Notes: generated from the sequence alone by a model not told the origin. DNA of 32,000 nt from Staphylothermus marinus F1 (GCF_000015945.1 NC_009033.1:810001-842000); one strand, 5' to 3'; positions 1-10,157 are shown, numbered from the stretch's first letter. Numbers and translations are program-made.

Positions 1-1
1 A

Positions 2-400
2 GACATTAGACGTGGAGATGTTGCAGGACACCTAGATAACCCACCAACGGTAGCAGAAGAATTCACAGCAAGAGTATTCATAATATGGCATCCAACAGCA
101 ATTACTGTTGGATACACGCCAGTAATACATATCCACACTGCTAGCGTAGCTAGTAGAATAGTAGAGATTAAAGCCAAACTAGACCCTAGAACTGGTAAGG
201 TAGTTGAAGAAAACCCACAATTCATTAAAATGGGCGATGCAGCAATTGTGAGATTCAAACCCATCAAGCCATTAGTAGTTGAGAAATACAGTGACTTCCC
301 ACCATTAGGAAGATTCGCTATGAGAGACATGGGTAAAACAATTGGTATCGGAGTAGTAGTAGATGTTAAGCCAATGAAGATCGAGATAAAGACCAAGTAA
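2..400 (+). CDS. tuf: Translation elongation factor EF-1alpha, C-terminal 132 codons (5' part lies outside the window)
   Basis: The frame is open from the window edge to TAA at 398-400. The translation ...[11 protein letters not shown]...[25 protein letters not shown]... is the conserved domain-III end of aEF-1alpha. S10 follows, as in archaeal clusters. Confidence 0.93.
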   Translation, partial: DIRRGDVAGHLDNPPTVAEEFTARVFIIWHPTAITVGYTPVIHIHTASVASRIVEIKAKLDPRTGKVVEENPQFIKMGDAAIVRFKPIKPLVVEKYSDFPPLGRFAMRDMGKTIGIGVVVDVKPMKIEIKTK

Positions 401-507
401 AATAAGTATTTAACATATGATCTCAACGAAAAATTTTTCTAATACATAAACAACCAATATCTCTATAAACCCTCATAACTCATTGATATGCTGAGGCGTA
501 GAAAGAA

Positions 508-819
508 ATGTCGACGCCGAGAATGGTTAAGATAAAGATATGGAGCAATAACATCAACATACTAAACGAGTTCATGAACAAAATAACAGATATAGTTAAA
601 CGTACCGGAGTAAAAATGTCTGGACCAATTCCATTGCCGACGAAGAGACTCGTTGTGAGAACACTTAAACTACCACATGGTGAAGGAAAGAAGAAATGGG
701 AGAAATGGGAAATGAGAATACATAAGAGACTATTATATATTGCAGCTGATGAAAGAGTAATGAAACAACTTATCCGTGTCAGAGTACCGCCAGAAATATG
801 GATGGAAATAGAAATTTAA
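508..819 (+). CDS. rps10: 30S ribosomal protein S10
   Basis: 103-aa ORF with the GPIPLPTK...WEMRIHKRL signature of S10P/S20e, directly after EF-1alpha. Confidence 0.95.
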   Translation: MSTPRMVKIKIWSNNINILNEFMNKITDIVKRTGVKMSGPIPLPTKRLVVRTLKLPHGEGKKKWEKWEMRIHKRLLYIAADERVMKQLIRVRVPPEIWMEIEI

Positions 820-951
820 GCACGTTATTTTATCCATAAAAATAATCGTTTACTCGGATTTTATAAAGGAAATTGTTCATTTAAAAGCTTACTACATAAA
901 CTAATCTTGTTAACCCAGAGAAACATTTTATCCCTCCATAAGCGAAATAAA

Positions 952-1050
<99 letters not shown>

Positions 1051-1054
1051 CTTC

Positions 1055-1062
1055 TTTATATA
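1055..1062 (+). promoter_or_regulatory. TATA-box-like element (TTTATATA) upstream of the C/D sRNA candidate
   Basis: TTTATATA lies about 26-33 nt upstream of the box C at 1088. This is the usual archaeal TATA-to-start spacing. Confidence 0.35.
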
Positions 1063-1084
1063 GTTTTTAACAGCATACATAGTA

Positions 1085-1152
1085 TGGATGATGAAGCGCT
1101 TTAGGAACACGATCCAGTTTTAGGAGATGAAATTTTTCGCCCCTCCTGACAC
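1085..1152 (+). ncRNA. Candidate box C/D sRNA (weaker internal boxes)
   Basis: Perfect box C ATGATGA (1088-1094) and perfect box D CTGA (1146-1149) are 51 nt apart in an intergenic spacer. C'-like AGATGAA lies at 1125-1131. D' is not recognisable (ACAC/ACGA). A TATA-like box sits at 1055-1062. Confidence 0.45.
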
Positions 1153-1316
1153 AACAACTTATTAAAGCCTAATCAGATCCTCAATAAAAAGTATAAAACC
1201 CTGTCTTAAGGGGGAGAAGCACATATAAAAACTAGTTTATCGAGGATTAGACGGTAAGCTTATAATAGGAGTTTATTTATGGTATTGGTTAGGATATTTG
1301 CTTAGAAAAGTTATGC

Positions 1317-1790
1317 ATGGGTGAAGCTGGGGTTTTGAGCAGTGCTAGGAATTATAGATATATAGTGCGTATAGCGGGAACCGATATCGATGGTAGCTTG
1401 AAGACTGTATATGGTTTAGCAGAAATTAAGGGTGTAGGTGTTAACTTAGCCTATGGTATTTGTCGAAGACTTGGTATTGATCCTGAAATGCGTATTGGTT
1501 ATTTAACAGATGAAGAAATAAAGAGAATAGAGGACTTATTAAGTAATCCATCAGCTTATGATATACCTTCATGGATGCTTAATAGGAGAAAAGACTATGT
1601 TACAGGTAAAGATATGCATCTAATAGGTGCTGAACTAATATTCTATGTTAAACAAGATATTGAGAGAGAAAAGAAGATTAAGAGTTGGCGCGGTATACGT
1701 CATGCTCTCGGCTTAAAAGTTCGCGGACAGCGTACACGTACAACTGGTCGCTTAGGATTAACTGTAGGTGTTAGAAAGAAGAGGAGATAA
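1317..1790 (+). CDS. rps13: 30S ribosomal protein S13
   Basis: 157-aa ORF with YRYIVRIAGTDIDG...WRGIRHALGLKVRGQRTRTTGR, typical of S13P/S18e. First gene of the S13-S4-S11-RpoD block. Confidence 0.95.
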   Translation: MGEAGVLSSARNYRYIVRIAGTDIDGSLKTVYGLAEIKGVGVNLAYGICRRLGIDPEMRIGYLTDEEIKRIEDLLSNPSAYDIPSWMLNRRKDYVTGKDMHLIGAELIFYVKQDIEREKKIKSWRGIRHALGLKVRGQRTRTTGRLGLTVGVRKKRR

Positions 1791-1803
1791 AGAGGTGTGA
1801 AAC

Positions 1804-2310
1804 ATGGGTGATCCGAAGAAGCCTAGAAAGAAATGGGAAGGACCACGACATCCATGGCGAAAAGAAGTATTAGTTCAAGAACTTAAGCTTCTGGGAACAT
1901 ATGGTTTAAGAAATAAGAGAGAATTATGGAGAGCACAAACAATTGTTAGGAAGTTCCGTCACCAAGCACGATCACTTCTAGCTGCTCCACAAGAAATACG
2001 TGAACAAGCAGAAAAAGCTCTACTTAATAGACTTTATCGTCTAGGATTACTACATGAAAACGCATCACTAGAAGATGTTTTAGGATTAACTGTTGAAGAC
2101 TTATTGGAGAGGAGATTACAAACCATAGTTTATAAGAAAGGATTAGCGAGAACAATATATCATGCAAGACAATTAATTATCCACGGACACATAGCTATTG
2201 CCGGCCGTAGAATTACTTCGCCAGGATACATTGTTTCTCGAGAAGAAGAAGACCTAGTGGATTACGCACCTACAAGTCCGTTTAAAAAGAGCATTGAAGA
2301 AAAAGCCTAG
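1804..2310 (+). CDS. rps4: 30S ribosomal protein S4
   Basis: [19 protein letters not shown]-terminus and an S4 RNA-binding domain ([18 protein letters not shown]). SD AGAGGTG lies upstream of the ATG. Confidence 0.95.
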   Translation: MGDPKKPRKKWEGPRHPWRKEVLVQELKLLGTYGLRNKRELWRAQTIVRKFRHQARSLLAAPQEIREQAEKALLNRLYRLGLLHENASLEDVLGLTVEDLLERRLQTIVYKKGLARTIYHARQLIIHGHIAIAGRRITSPGYIVSREEEDLVDYAPTSPFKKSIEEKA

Positions 2311-2339
2311 ATCTAAATATTAGTTGAGAGGTGAGCGGA

Positions 2340-2741
2340 ATGGCTTTCATGGGTAGAGAACTTAAGTGGGGCGTAGCACATATTTATAGTAGCTTAAACA
2401 ACACTATAATACACATAACAGATCTAACGGGAGCTGAAACCGTAAGCAGATGGAGCGGTGGAATGGTTGTAAAGGCTGATCGAGAAAAACCAAGCCCATA
2501 TGCAGCAATGATTGCTGCTAGTCGTGCGGCTGCGGAAGCAATGGATAAGGGAATAACAGCTTTACATATTAAAGTAAGAGCGCCTGGAGGTCATGGACCG
2601 AAGACTCCGGGACCGGGAGCACAAGCTGCTATACGTGCACTCGCAAGAGCAGGATTCATTATTGGAAGGATCGAAGATGTAACACCAATACCGCATGACA
2701 CTACACGTAGACCAGGCGGTAGGAGAGGTAGGAGAGTCTAA
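2340..2741 (+). CDS. rps11: 30S ribosomal protein S11
   Basis: [20 protein letters not shown]...[15 protein letters not shown] is diagnostic of S11. I prefer ATG 2340 (SD GAGAGGTGA at 2326-2334, 5-nt spacer) over the GTG at 2331 used by the ORF track. Confidence 0.92.
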
Positions 2742-2759
2742 ACCTATATTTTAACATGG

Positions 2760-3614
2760 GTGAATCATGTCTTGGAAATAAATGTTTTAGAAAAAACACC
2801 TCTACGTCTAAGGCTTTATATAAAAGATATTCCTTTACATGTTTTAAACTCTATTCGTAGAGCCATAATAGCAGAAGTACCAACAATGGCTATTGATTCC
2901 GTAGTATTCACAATGAATAGCAGTGTATTCTATGATGAATATATTGCTCATAGACTAGGACTTATACCGTTAACAAGTGAAGCAGCACTAGACAAATATA
3001 AGTCACCAGAAGAATGCAGAGAAGCAGGAGACAGAGGATTATTCACCGAAGATTGCTTTGTAAAACTTGATCTTGAAGGGAAAGGTGAGGAAGGTAAACT
3101 TGTAACTCTACACAGCGGAGATCTAAAGACTTCGGATCCTGATGTTAAACCTGTTTATGATAACATTCCTATTATAGTTCTAGGAAAGAACCAAGAAATA
3201 AGGCTGGAAGCATATGCTAGACTTGGCAGGGGAAAAGAACACGCCAAATGGAGCCCTGTATCTGTTGCAGCACACAAGTATATTGCTGATATTTATATAG
3301 ATGAAAAGAAGTGTTTAGGTGAAAATTGTAAGAAATGTATAGAGGTTTGTCCAAGAAATATTCTAAGCTTTGAAAACGGAAAAATAATTGTAAACACTAA
3401 TAAGATTTTTGATTGTTCATTATGCAGAATTTGTGAAGAATACTGTCCGACTGATGCGATAAGAGTTGGCTGGAGAGAGAACGAATATATTTTAACAATC
3501 GAATCTACAGGTTCATTACCTCCTAAAAGAATCCTTATTGAAGCCGTAAAAATACTTGAAAATAAAATAGATGATTTCATAGAAAACCTTAGAAGTGAGG
3601 GGATAATTAAATGA
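2760..3614 (+). CDS. rpoD: DNA-directed RNA polymerase subunit D (Rpo3) with ferredoxin-like 4Fe-4S insertion
   Basis: N-terminal LRLYIKDIPLHVLNSIRRAIIAEVPTMAID dimerisation motif. There are two Cys clusters, CLGENCKKCIEVCP and CSLCRICEEYCP (3312-3449). Its position after S11 is canonical. Confidence 0.9.
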   Translation: MNHVLEINVLEKTPLRLRLYIKDIPLHVLNSIRRAIIAEVPTMAIDSVVFTMNSSVFYDEYIAHRLGLIPLTSEAALDKYKSPEECREAGDRGLFTEDCFVKLDLEGKGEEGKLVTLHSGDLKTSDPDVKPVYDNIPIIVLGKNQEIRLEAYARLGRGKEHAKWSPVSVAAHKYIADIYIDEKKCLGENCKKCIEVCPRNILSFENGKIIVNTNKIFDCSLCRICEEYCPTDAIRVGWRENEYILTIESTGSLPPKRILIEAVKILENKIDDFIENLRSEGIIK

Positions 3615-3973
3615 AAAAGACAGGACCTACAAACATTGTATTAAGGAAAACTATTAGAGAGCTCAAAAAATTATCCAAACAATATAAAACAGCTATTTGG
3701 AAAGCAGTCGCTGAAGAACTTGAAAAACCTAGGAGGCAGAGGAGAGCTGTGAATATAAGCAGGATAAACAGGCATACTAGCAGTGGAGATGTTGTCGTAG
3801 TTCCAGGAAAAGTGCTGGGTTCAGGAAACATTGATCACCCGGTAACAGTCGCTGCAGTTTCATTTACAAAAACAGCTATTGAAAAAATAGAGATTGCCGG
3901 TGGGAAAGCTATACATATACTTGATCTAGCCCGTGAAAACCCGCGTGGAAGCAATGTGAAAATTATTGGGTGA
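3611..3973 (+). CDS. rpl18e: 50S ribosomal protein L18e
   Basis: 120-aa ORF starting MKKTGPTNIVLRKTIRELKK, with 4-nt ATGA-type overlap onto the rpoD stop. The conserved order is RpoD-L18e-L13-S9-RpoN. Confidence 0.9.
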   Translation: MKKTGPTNIVLRKTIRELKKLSKQYKTAIWKAVAEELEKPRRQRRAVNISRINRHTSSGDVVVVPGKVLGSGNIDHPVTVAAVSFTKTAIEKIEIAGGKAIHILDLARENPRGSNVKIIG

Positions 3974-3978
3974 TATAT

Positions 3979-4431
3979 ATGAGTGAACCTAAAACAATAT
4001 ATGTTGATGCAACAAATCAGATCCTGGGAAGACTAGCCAGTATCATAGCTAAAAAACTACTCAACGGATACAGAGTGATCGTGGTAAATGCTGAAAAAGC
4101 AGTTGTAAGCGGTGAAAGAGTAAGGGTTATCCAAGGATATAAACTTATTGAGAAAGTCACCACACACTATAATCCCTATAAAACAGGGGTTAGAAGACCT
4201 AAATCACCCCACAATATATTGAAGAGAACAGTTCGTGGAATGCTACCCATGGATAAACCTAAAGGTAGAAATGCGTATAAAAGACTTAGAGTATATAATG
4301 GAGTACCGCCGGAGCTTGGAAAAGTAGAATTTATACGTTTCAAAGAAGCAGATGCTAATAGACTCGGGAGAGAATATATTACCCTAGCAGATATAGCTAA
4401 AGAACTCGGCTGGAAAGGTGTTAGGATATGA
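3979..4431 (+). CDS. rpl13: 50S ribosomal protein L13
   Basis: VDATNQILGRLASIIAKKLLNG...RTVRGMLP is the L13 signature. ATG 3979 is preferred; the ORF-track start at 3970 is a GTG overlapping the L18e stop. Confidence 0.9.
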   Translation: MSEPKTIYVDATNQILGRLASIIAKKLLNGYRVIVVNAEKAVVSGERVRVIQGYKLIEKVTTHYNPYKTGVRRPKSPHNILKRTVRGMLPMDKPKGRNAYKRLRVYNGVPPELGKVEFIRFKEADANRLGREYITLADIAKELGWKGVRI

Positions 4432-4841
4432 GTGTGAAGGGAAAGATAGTTATTGCAACAGGTAAAAGGAAGACAAGCATTGCGAGAGCAGTTATTAAGC
4501 CAGGCGAAGGAAGAGTGTGGATAAACGGTGTACCATTAGAGATATGGCCAATAGAGCTTGCCCGACTAAAAATGTATGAACCCCTAGTCATAGCTGGAGA
4601 TCTATGGAAACGAGTAGATATATACGTAAATGTTAGAGGCGGTGGTGTAATGAGTCAAGCAGATGCTGTTAGAATGGCTATTGCTAGAGGATTACTAGAA
4701 TATGCTGACAACAATCCTGAACTAAGAAAGATCTTCACCGAATACGATAGATACATGCTAAGCGGAGACCCGAGAAGAACAGAGCCTGAGAAATGGGGCA
4801 GATATAGTGCTAGGAGGAGATGGCAGAAAAGCTATAGGTAA
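4428..4841 (+). CDS. rps9: 30S ribosomal protein S9
   Basis: GKRKTSIARAVIKPGEGRVWING...GGGVMSQADAVRMAIARGL...RRWQKSYR. ATGA overlap with L13. Confidence 0.93.
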   Translation: MSVKGKIVIATGKRKTSIARAVIKPGEGRVWINGVPLEIWPIELARLKMYEPLVIAGDLWKRVDIYVNVRGGGVMSQADAVRMAIARGLLEYADNNPELRKIFTEYDRYMLSGDPRRTEPEKWGRYSARRRWQKSYR

Positions 4842-4862
4842 AAACGAGGTGTTTTTATAAAA

Positions 4863-5063
4863 ATGATGTTTCCAGTTAGATGTTTCACATGTGGTGCACC
4901 CATAGGTCATTTATGGGAAGAATTTAAGAAAAGAGTTGAAGCAGGAGAAGACCCGGGTAAAGTTCTAGATGATTTAGGTGTTAAAAGATATTGTTGTCGA
5001 AGAATGTTTCTCTCACATATTGAAATATCTTATGAAATCTTAAACTTCCCCAAAGTATCATGA
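4863..5063 (+). CDS. rpoN: DNA-directed RNA polymerase subunit N (Rpo10)
   Basis: 66-aa [18 protein letters not shown]...RYCCRRM, the zinc-binding Rpb10/RpoN signature. Confidence 0.9.
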   Translation: MMFPVRCFTCGAPIGHLWEEFKKRVEAGEDPGKVLDDLGVKRYCCRRMFLSHIEISYEILNFPKVS

Positions 5064-5085
5064 CTTAGTTAAGAGGTGAATTAAT

Positions 5086-5748
5086 ATGGCTCAAGAACAA
5101 CCAAAAAATAATGAAAAATCCGCGGAGAAAACCCAGACAAAACCAGTCATAGAATTATTGATCCCACTAGAAAAATATTTGGCGGCAGGAGTTCATATAG
5201 GAACACATATATGTACAAAGTTCATGGAGCCGTTTGTTTACCGTGTTAGAAATGATGGACTCTACATTTTAGATGTTAGAAAAATCGATGAAAGAATAAG
5301 AATAGCAGCAAAGTTCCTATCAAGATATGAGCCATCAAAAATTGCTGCTGTGTCGGTTAGAACATATGGGCAAAAACCTGTTGTTAAGTTCTGCAACTAT
5401 GTAGGATGCAAACCTTTCACAGGTAGATTTATGCCTGGAACCTTTACAAATCCAAGCCTTAAATGGTATTTTGAACCAGACATAGTATTATTAACAGATC
5501 CACGTGCTGACTCCCAAGCATTGAAGGAAGCAGCAGAAATAGGTATACCTATTGTTTCACTAGCTGATACAGATAATAGAACAGAGTATATAGACCTAAT
5601 TATTCCAGCAAACAATAAGGGTCGAAAAAGCTTAGCACTAATATATTGGTTATTAGCAAGACAAATACTTAGGGAGAGAGGATTATTACCGCCAGACGGC
5701 GACTTGCCCGAGCCTCCCTCAGAATTCGAAGTAAAGTTTAAGAGGTGA
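5086..5748 (+). CDS. rps2: 30S ribosomal protein S2
   Basis: [11 protein letters not shown]...[30 protein letters not shown] matches S2P/SAe. SD AAGAGGTGA lies upstream. Confidence 0.93.
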   Translation: MAQEQPKNNEKSAEKTQTKPVIELLIPLEKYLAAGVHIGTHICTKFMEPFVYRVRNDGLYILDVRKIDERIRIAAKFLSRYEPSKIAAVSVRTYGQKPVVKFCNYVGCKPFTGRFMPGTFTNPSLKWYFEPDIVLLTDPRADSQALKEAAEIGIPIVSLADTDNRTEYIDLIIPANNKGRKSLALIYWLLARQILRERGLLPPDGDLPEPPSEFEVKFKR

Positions 5749-6626
5749 AAAAATATTTGGAGCAAAAATCACATGTAAGACTTCCCGTTGTAGCTGGATA
5801 TTTTTATCCAAGCGAACCAGAAAAACTACGTGAATTAATCGAGCATTCCTTTAAGCACCCGCTTGGTCCCGGAGAATTACCTCAAGTATCAAGCACCCGT
5901 CGCAAAGACGCTTTAGGATACGTAGCTCCGCATGCAGGTTATATTTATAGCGGGCCTATAGCTGCTCATGTCTACTATAACTTGGCTCTTGATGGTAAAC
6001 CTGAAACCATAATTATTATTGGGACAAATCATACAGGTTTAGGCTCGCTTGTATCAGTGTATCCTGCAGGAAAATGGATTACTCCTCTAGGAGAACTAGA
6101 AGTTGATGCTGAACTAGCTAGAGATATAGTTAGCAACAGTGATCTCGCCGAACTCGATACATATGCACATGTCGAAGAGCATTCAGTAGAGGTTCAATTA
6201 CCATTTATACAGTATTTGTTCGGCAATAATGTTAAAATAGTACCAATAGTTCTAGGCTTACACACACCTGATGTAGCCAGGGATCTCTCTAAAGCAATAT
6301 ATGAATCCTTACAGACCATGGGAAGAGACACTATAATAATTGCTAGTAGCGACTTTAACCATTATGACCCGCACGATATAACGGTTGCTAAAGACAAGAA
6401 AGCACTAGATCGCATACTTGCACTTGACACAGACGGTTTGTATAAGGTTATACTAGAGGAACCTGTAACCATATGTGGTCCTGGAGGAATAATGACACTG
6501 ATCGAACTAGTAAAACTATATGGTAAAGGAGAAGCTAAATTATTAAAGTATGCAACCAGCGGGGATGTTTCAGGAGATAAATCAGCTGTTGTAGGATATG
6601 CTGCAATAAGGTTTTTAATCAAATAA
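5745..6626 (+). CDS. MEMO1 / AmmeMemoRadiSam system protein B family protein
   Basis: 293-aa ORF with [35 protein letters not shown] and GYAAIRF motifs typical of the MEMO-like dioxygenase-fold family. GTG start overlaps the S2 stop. Confidence 0.8.
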   Translation: MKKYLEQKSHVRLPVVAGYFYPSEPEKLRELIEHSFKHPLGPGELPQVSSTRRKDALGYVAPHAGYIYSGPIAAHVYYNLALDGKPETIIIIGTNHTGLGSLVSVYPAGKWITPLGELEVDAELARDIVSNSDLAELDTYAHVEEHSVEVQLPFIQYLFGNNVKIVPIVLGLHTPDVARDLSKAIYESLQTMGRDTIIIASSDFNHYDPHDITVAKDKKALDRILALDTDGLYKVILEEPVTICGPGGIMTLIELVKLYGKGEAKLLKYATSGDVSGDKSAVVGYAAIRFLIK

Positions 6627-6715
6627 TATATGTGCAATACATTATTATCGTAGTAAGAAGTATTGTTTTTAAAGAAATACAATATTTGTTCTTAACCAAT
6701 CGTACGGTGCCTTAA

Positions 6716-7840
6716 ATGGATGAGAATATAGGTGAAAGAAAACTAGAACACATAGATATTATTTTAAAAGAAAACATTGACTTCCCTGATCATTGCTCGA
6801 AAATATATGATTCCATAATGCTTATTCACCAAGCTTTTCCAAAAATAAATCTGGAAGAAGTGGATCTTAGGATAGATTTTCTAGGCTATACTATTAATGC
6901 ACCACTCATGATAACGGGAATGACGGGAGGACATAGAAACGTTACTAAGATAAATGAGAAACTAGCTAGATTAGCACAAGAACTAGGTATAGCTATAGGT
7001 GTTGGAAGTCAGAGACCAATGATAATATATAGAGACAATAGTGATGTACTAGAAACCTATAAAATAGTTAGGAAAACCGCACAAGATGTGCCAGTCATTG
7101 GTAATATCGGTATTAATACTATTAATGACCTAAGCATAAATGATATTGAGTTTCTAATCAAATCCATTGAGGCAGATGCGTTAGCAATCCATTTAAACCC
7201 AGCACAAGAAGTTATACAGCCGGAAGGAGATACAAGATTTAGTGATAATGTTATTGTTAAGGTCGAAGAAATACTTGATAGTATTGATGTTCCAGTAATC
7301 ATAAAGGAAGTGGGTAACGGTATCTCTATGGAAACAGCATCATTATTCAGATCCATTGGTATAAGGTACTTTGACATATCAGGTTCATGTGGTACGAACT
7401 GGATATTAGTTGAGAAATACCGGTCTAGAACACCAGAGTATAAGAAAAGAATTGCGGATATTCTCAATAAATGGGGAATACCCACACCACTAGCAATTAT
7501 AGAGACTAGAAATGCTGCCCCCGACTCATTCATTATTGCTAGTGGAGGAGTATGGGATGGTTTAAAAGCAGTAAAATCACTAGTTCTCGGAGCAGACATG
7601 GTTGGATTAGCGAAACCAATTATTTATCTCTTAATAAAACAAGGCTATGATGAAGCATACAAGTTCTTATTTACATATATCGAGACGATTAGAACTGTGC
7701 TCTTCCTAATAGGAGCTAAGAATCCAAGTGAAACCCGTGATAAACCAGTCGTATTGCTTGAGCCTATACTAAGCTATCTTAAACAGAGAAAAATAGATTT
7801 AGAAAACTATATACAATTTATTCGAAAAGGTGGTTTATAA
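6716..7840 (+). CDS. fni: Isopentenyl-diphosphate delta-isomerase, type 2 (FMN-dependent)
   Basis: RKLEHIDI..., PLMITGMTGG, GVGSQR, AIHLNPAQE, IIKEVGNGIS and ASGGVWDGLKAVKSLVLGADMVG are the TIM-barrel IDI-2 motifs. Confidence 0.86.
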   Translation: MDENIGERKLEHIDIILKENIDFPDHCSKIYDSIMLIHQAFPKINLEEVDLRIDFLGYTINAPLMITGMTGGHRNVTKINEKLARLAQELGIAIGVGSQRPMIIYRDNSDVLETYKIVRKTAQDVPVIGNIGINTINDLSINDIEFLIKSIEADALAIHLNPAQEVIQPEGDTRFSDNVIVKVEEILDSIDVPVIIKEVGNGISMETASLFRSIGIRYFDISGSCGTNWILVEKYRSRTPEYKKRIADILNKWGIPTPLAIIETRNAAPDSFIIASGGVWDGLKAVKSLVLGADMVGLAKPIIYLLIKQGYDEAYKFLFTYIETIRTVLFLIGAKNPSETRDKPVVLLEPILSYLKQRKIDLENYIQFIRKGGL

Positions 7841-7842
7841 TA

Positions 7843-8361
7843 ATGGAGAAATATAGATATCCTGAAGTCTTCGTTGAAGGAGTGGAGAGCGATAAATATG
7901 TTCTAGAAATAAATGAACATTATATCTTGGTGCTTACAAAAGAAGATCTAGAGAAGTATGTAAATTATAAGCGTGTATTCGGACACATAATTTATGAACA
8001 TATAATAAATTATATTGACCTAGTTAAACCAGCTACTAAAAAAGCTTTCATAGTAATCCCTGAGTATAGTGGAGAAAAAGAAATGAATGGTTTTCTAATA
8101 GATGAAAATAAAAAGCTCTGCCTCATAGAGGTTAAAGGTATCCAACCATATGTCTTTCCTAGGGAAGGAGATGAAATCGAAGAAAGAGATAAAGTTGCAT
8201 ACATAATTACTGGTAAAGGTGAGGTAAGAACAATTCGTTCACCATGTAAGGGTGTAGTCTTACTCGTAATTAATTTCCCCTGGGAGAAACCTGAAAAATA
8301 CGTTTTAGCGGTAGTGAATAAAAATGACATTAGAGAAATCACTATTAGAAAAAGTCCGTGA
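7843..8361 (+). CDS. Conserved-archaeal-type hypothetical protein with a C-terminal biotinyl/lipoyl-like hybrid-barrel motif
   Basis: 172-aa ORF tightly packed between fni and gltX. Its C-terminal half, FPREGDEIEERDKVAYIITGKGEVRTIRSPCKGVVLLV, resembles the single-hybrid-motif fold. The family assignment (DUF2118-like) is from memory only. Confidence 0.55.
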   Translation: MEKYRYPEVFVEGVESDKYVLEINEHYILVLTKEDLEKYVNYKRVFGHIIYEHIINYIDLVKPATKKAFIVIPEYSGEKEMNGFLIDENKKLCLIEVKGIQPYVFPREGDEIEERDKVAYIITGKGEVRTIRSPCKGVVLLVINFPWEKPEKYVLAVVNKNDIREITIRKSP

Positions 8362-10081
8362 AGCAGCATATAAATATGCATTGTTAAACGCATATAAACA
8401 CAGTGGAAAAGCAGAATTAAAACCTGTAATATCTAAAATTATAGCTGAAATACCAGAGATACGAAGACATGTCCGAGAAGTAATTGATATCGTCCGTGAA
8501 ACAATAAACGAGGTAAACCAGTTACCAATAGAAAAACAAAAAGAAATTATTGAAAAGAATTGGCCAGAACTACTCGAAGAAAAACCCAGGACAGAAGAAA
8601 AGTCTTTACCGCCCCTACCTAATGCTGCAAAGGGAAGAGTTGTAACAAGATTCGCTCCTAATCCAGACTATACTATCCATTTGGGAAATGCTAGGCCCGC
8701 ACTTCTCAGTTATTGGTATGCTGAAATGTACGAGGGAAAAATGATTCTAAGATTCGAAGACACCGATCCTAGAACAAAAGCGCCTTTCCCAGAAGCATAT
8801 GATAGGATAAGAAATGATCTTAAATGGCTAGGTATTAAATGGAACGAAGAATATATTCAAAGTCTACGTTTACCAATACTCTATAATGCTTTACGAGAAT
8901 TAATAAAGCATGGAGGAGCTTATGTCGATAAATGCAGTCCGAAAGAATTCAAGAAACTACGTGACTCTGGAAAACCATGTCCTCACAGAGAATTACCTCC
9001 GGAAAAACACCTAGAAGAACTGGACAGGATCTTTGAAGGTTACTATTCTGAGGGAGAAGCTGTCGTTAGAGTTAAAACAGATCTATCACATCCTGATCCA
9101 AGCGTTAGGGATTGGGTTGCTGCAAGAATAATTGATACTTCTAAAACACCGCATCCTATTGTTGGAGATAAATATATCTTGTGGCCCACATATAATCTAG
9201 CTGCTGCAATAGATGATCACTTAATGGGTGTTACACATATACTTAGAGCTAAAGAACATGTTTCAAATACTATTAAACAAAAATTCCTATATGATCATAT
9301 GGGTTGGAAATATCCGGAAACAATACATTTTGGTAGATTAAGTCTTGAAGGAGTTATTTTGAGTAAGTCTAGAATGAGGAAAATGATCGTAGAATATAAT
9401 ATGGAGCCATATGATGATCCAAGATTCGGGACGTTATCTGGTTTGCGGAGAAGGGGAATTGTAAGAGAAACTCTTTGGAGAATAATAAAGGATGTAGGAA
9501 TAAATGTAATTGATGCAAGAATCAGCTATGTAAACTTAGCTGCGATTAATAGATCAATCATAGATCCTCAGGCAAAAAGATATATGGCTATCGAAGAAGC
9601 ATTACCTCTGAAACTTATAGGTTTTAATAATAGTATTGAAGCCCACGTATTACGTCATCCCTCAACTCGTGAAACATATAATTATATAATAAAACCAGGA
9701 GACATAGTGTACATATCACAGAAGGATTTTAATATCATACAAAATAAAATGTTTAGATTAATGGGTATAGGAAACTTTGCATTAACACGACCAGTATTCT
9801 CTAAGAACTATATAGGTTTTGAAGCAAGGCTAATAAGTTTATCAGCTAAGGAAGCAAAACAGTATCGCGCACCAATAATTCAATGGGTTAAACTTGAACA
9901 ATCAATAAGAGTTAAGCTAATAATACCGAAAGAAACAAACCTTGAAACAAGAATACTCCTCGCAGAAAAAGCATTAACTAACGAAGAACTTGGAAACATA
10001 GTACAATTCTATAGAATAGGGTTCGCAAGAATAGATTCCAAAGAACCAGAGGAGATCAAATGTATTTTTGCACATGAATAA
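8324..10081 (+). CDS. gltX: Glutamyl-tRNA synthetase (archaeal type)
   Basis: 585-aa class-I aaRS. HIGH-type motif (TIHLGNARPALL), KMSKS-type motif (ILSKSRMRK), and the RFAPNPDY / ILRFEDTDPRT block of GluRS/GlnRS. Overlaps the upstream ORF by 38 nt. Confidence 0.9.
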   Translation: MTLEKSLLEKVREAAYKYALLNAYKHSGKAELKPVISKIIAEIPEIRRHVREVIDIVRETINEVNQLPIEKQKEIIEKNWPELLEEKPRTEEKSLPPLPNAAKGRVVTRFAPNPDYTIHLGNARPALLSYWYAEMYEGKMILRFEDTDPRTKAPFPEAYDRIRNDLKWLGIKWNEEYIQSLRLPILYNALRELIKHGGAYVDKCSPKEFKKLRDSGKPCPHRELPPEKHLEELDRIFEGYYSEGEAVVRVKTDLSHPDPSVRDWVAARIIDTSKTPHPIVGDKYILWPTYNLAAAIDDHLMGVTHILRAKEHVSNTIKQKFLYDHMGWKYPETIHFGRLSLEGVILSKSRMRKMIVEYNMEPYDDPRFGTLSGLRRRGIVRETLWRIIKDVGINVIDARISYVNLAAINRSIIDPQAKRYMAIEEALPLKLIGFNNSIEAHVLRHPSTRETYNYIIKPGDIVYISQKDFNIIQNKMFRLMGIGNFALTRPVFSKNYIGFEARLISLSAKEAKQYRAPIIQWVKLEQSIRVKLIIPKETNLETRILLAEKALTNEELGNIVQFYRIGFARIDSKEPEEIKCIFAHE

Positions 10082-10157
10082 CAAAAACCTTATAATACCA
10101 TTTACTATTATTTGGTTTTAAATCAGACGACCGAAGAGTTGGGAGGAGGATGAAGTT

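Noticed and set aside
6627-6715. Imperfect hairpin AAGTATTGT...ATACAATATTT after the MEMO-like gene.
   Set aside because: It is AT-only and imperfect (8 of 9), and unlikely to be stable in a hyperthermophile. It is probably just spacer or promoter sequence for fni.
7057-7599. Long antisense ORFs listed in the track. Examples: 7057-7599, 12504-13070, 14088-14543, 15125-15592, 18964-19308, 23534-23959, 30042-30476, and 3293-3580 / 3607-3831.
   Set aside because: Each lies entirely opposite a confidently identified conserved gene. Each translates into low-complexity Ser/Thr/Ile/Leu/Phe-rich sequence without motifs and lacks an SD or promoter context. These are typical shadow ORFs.
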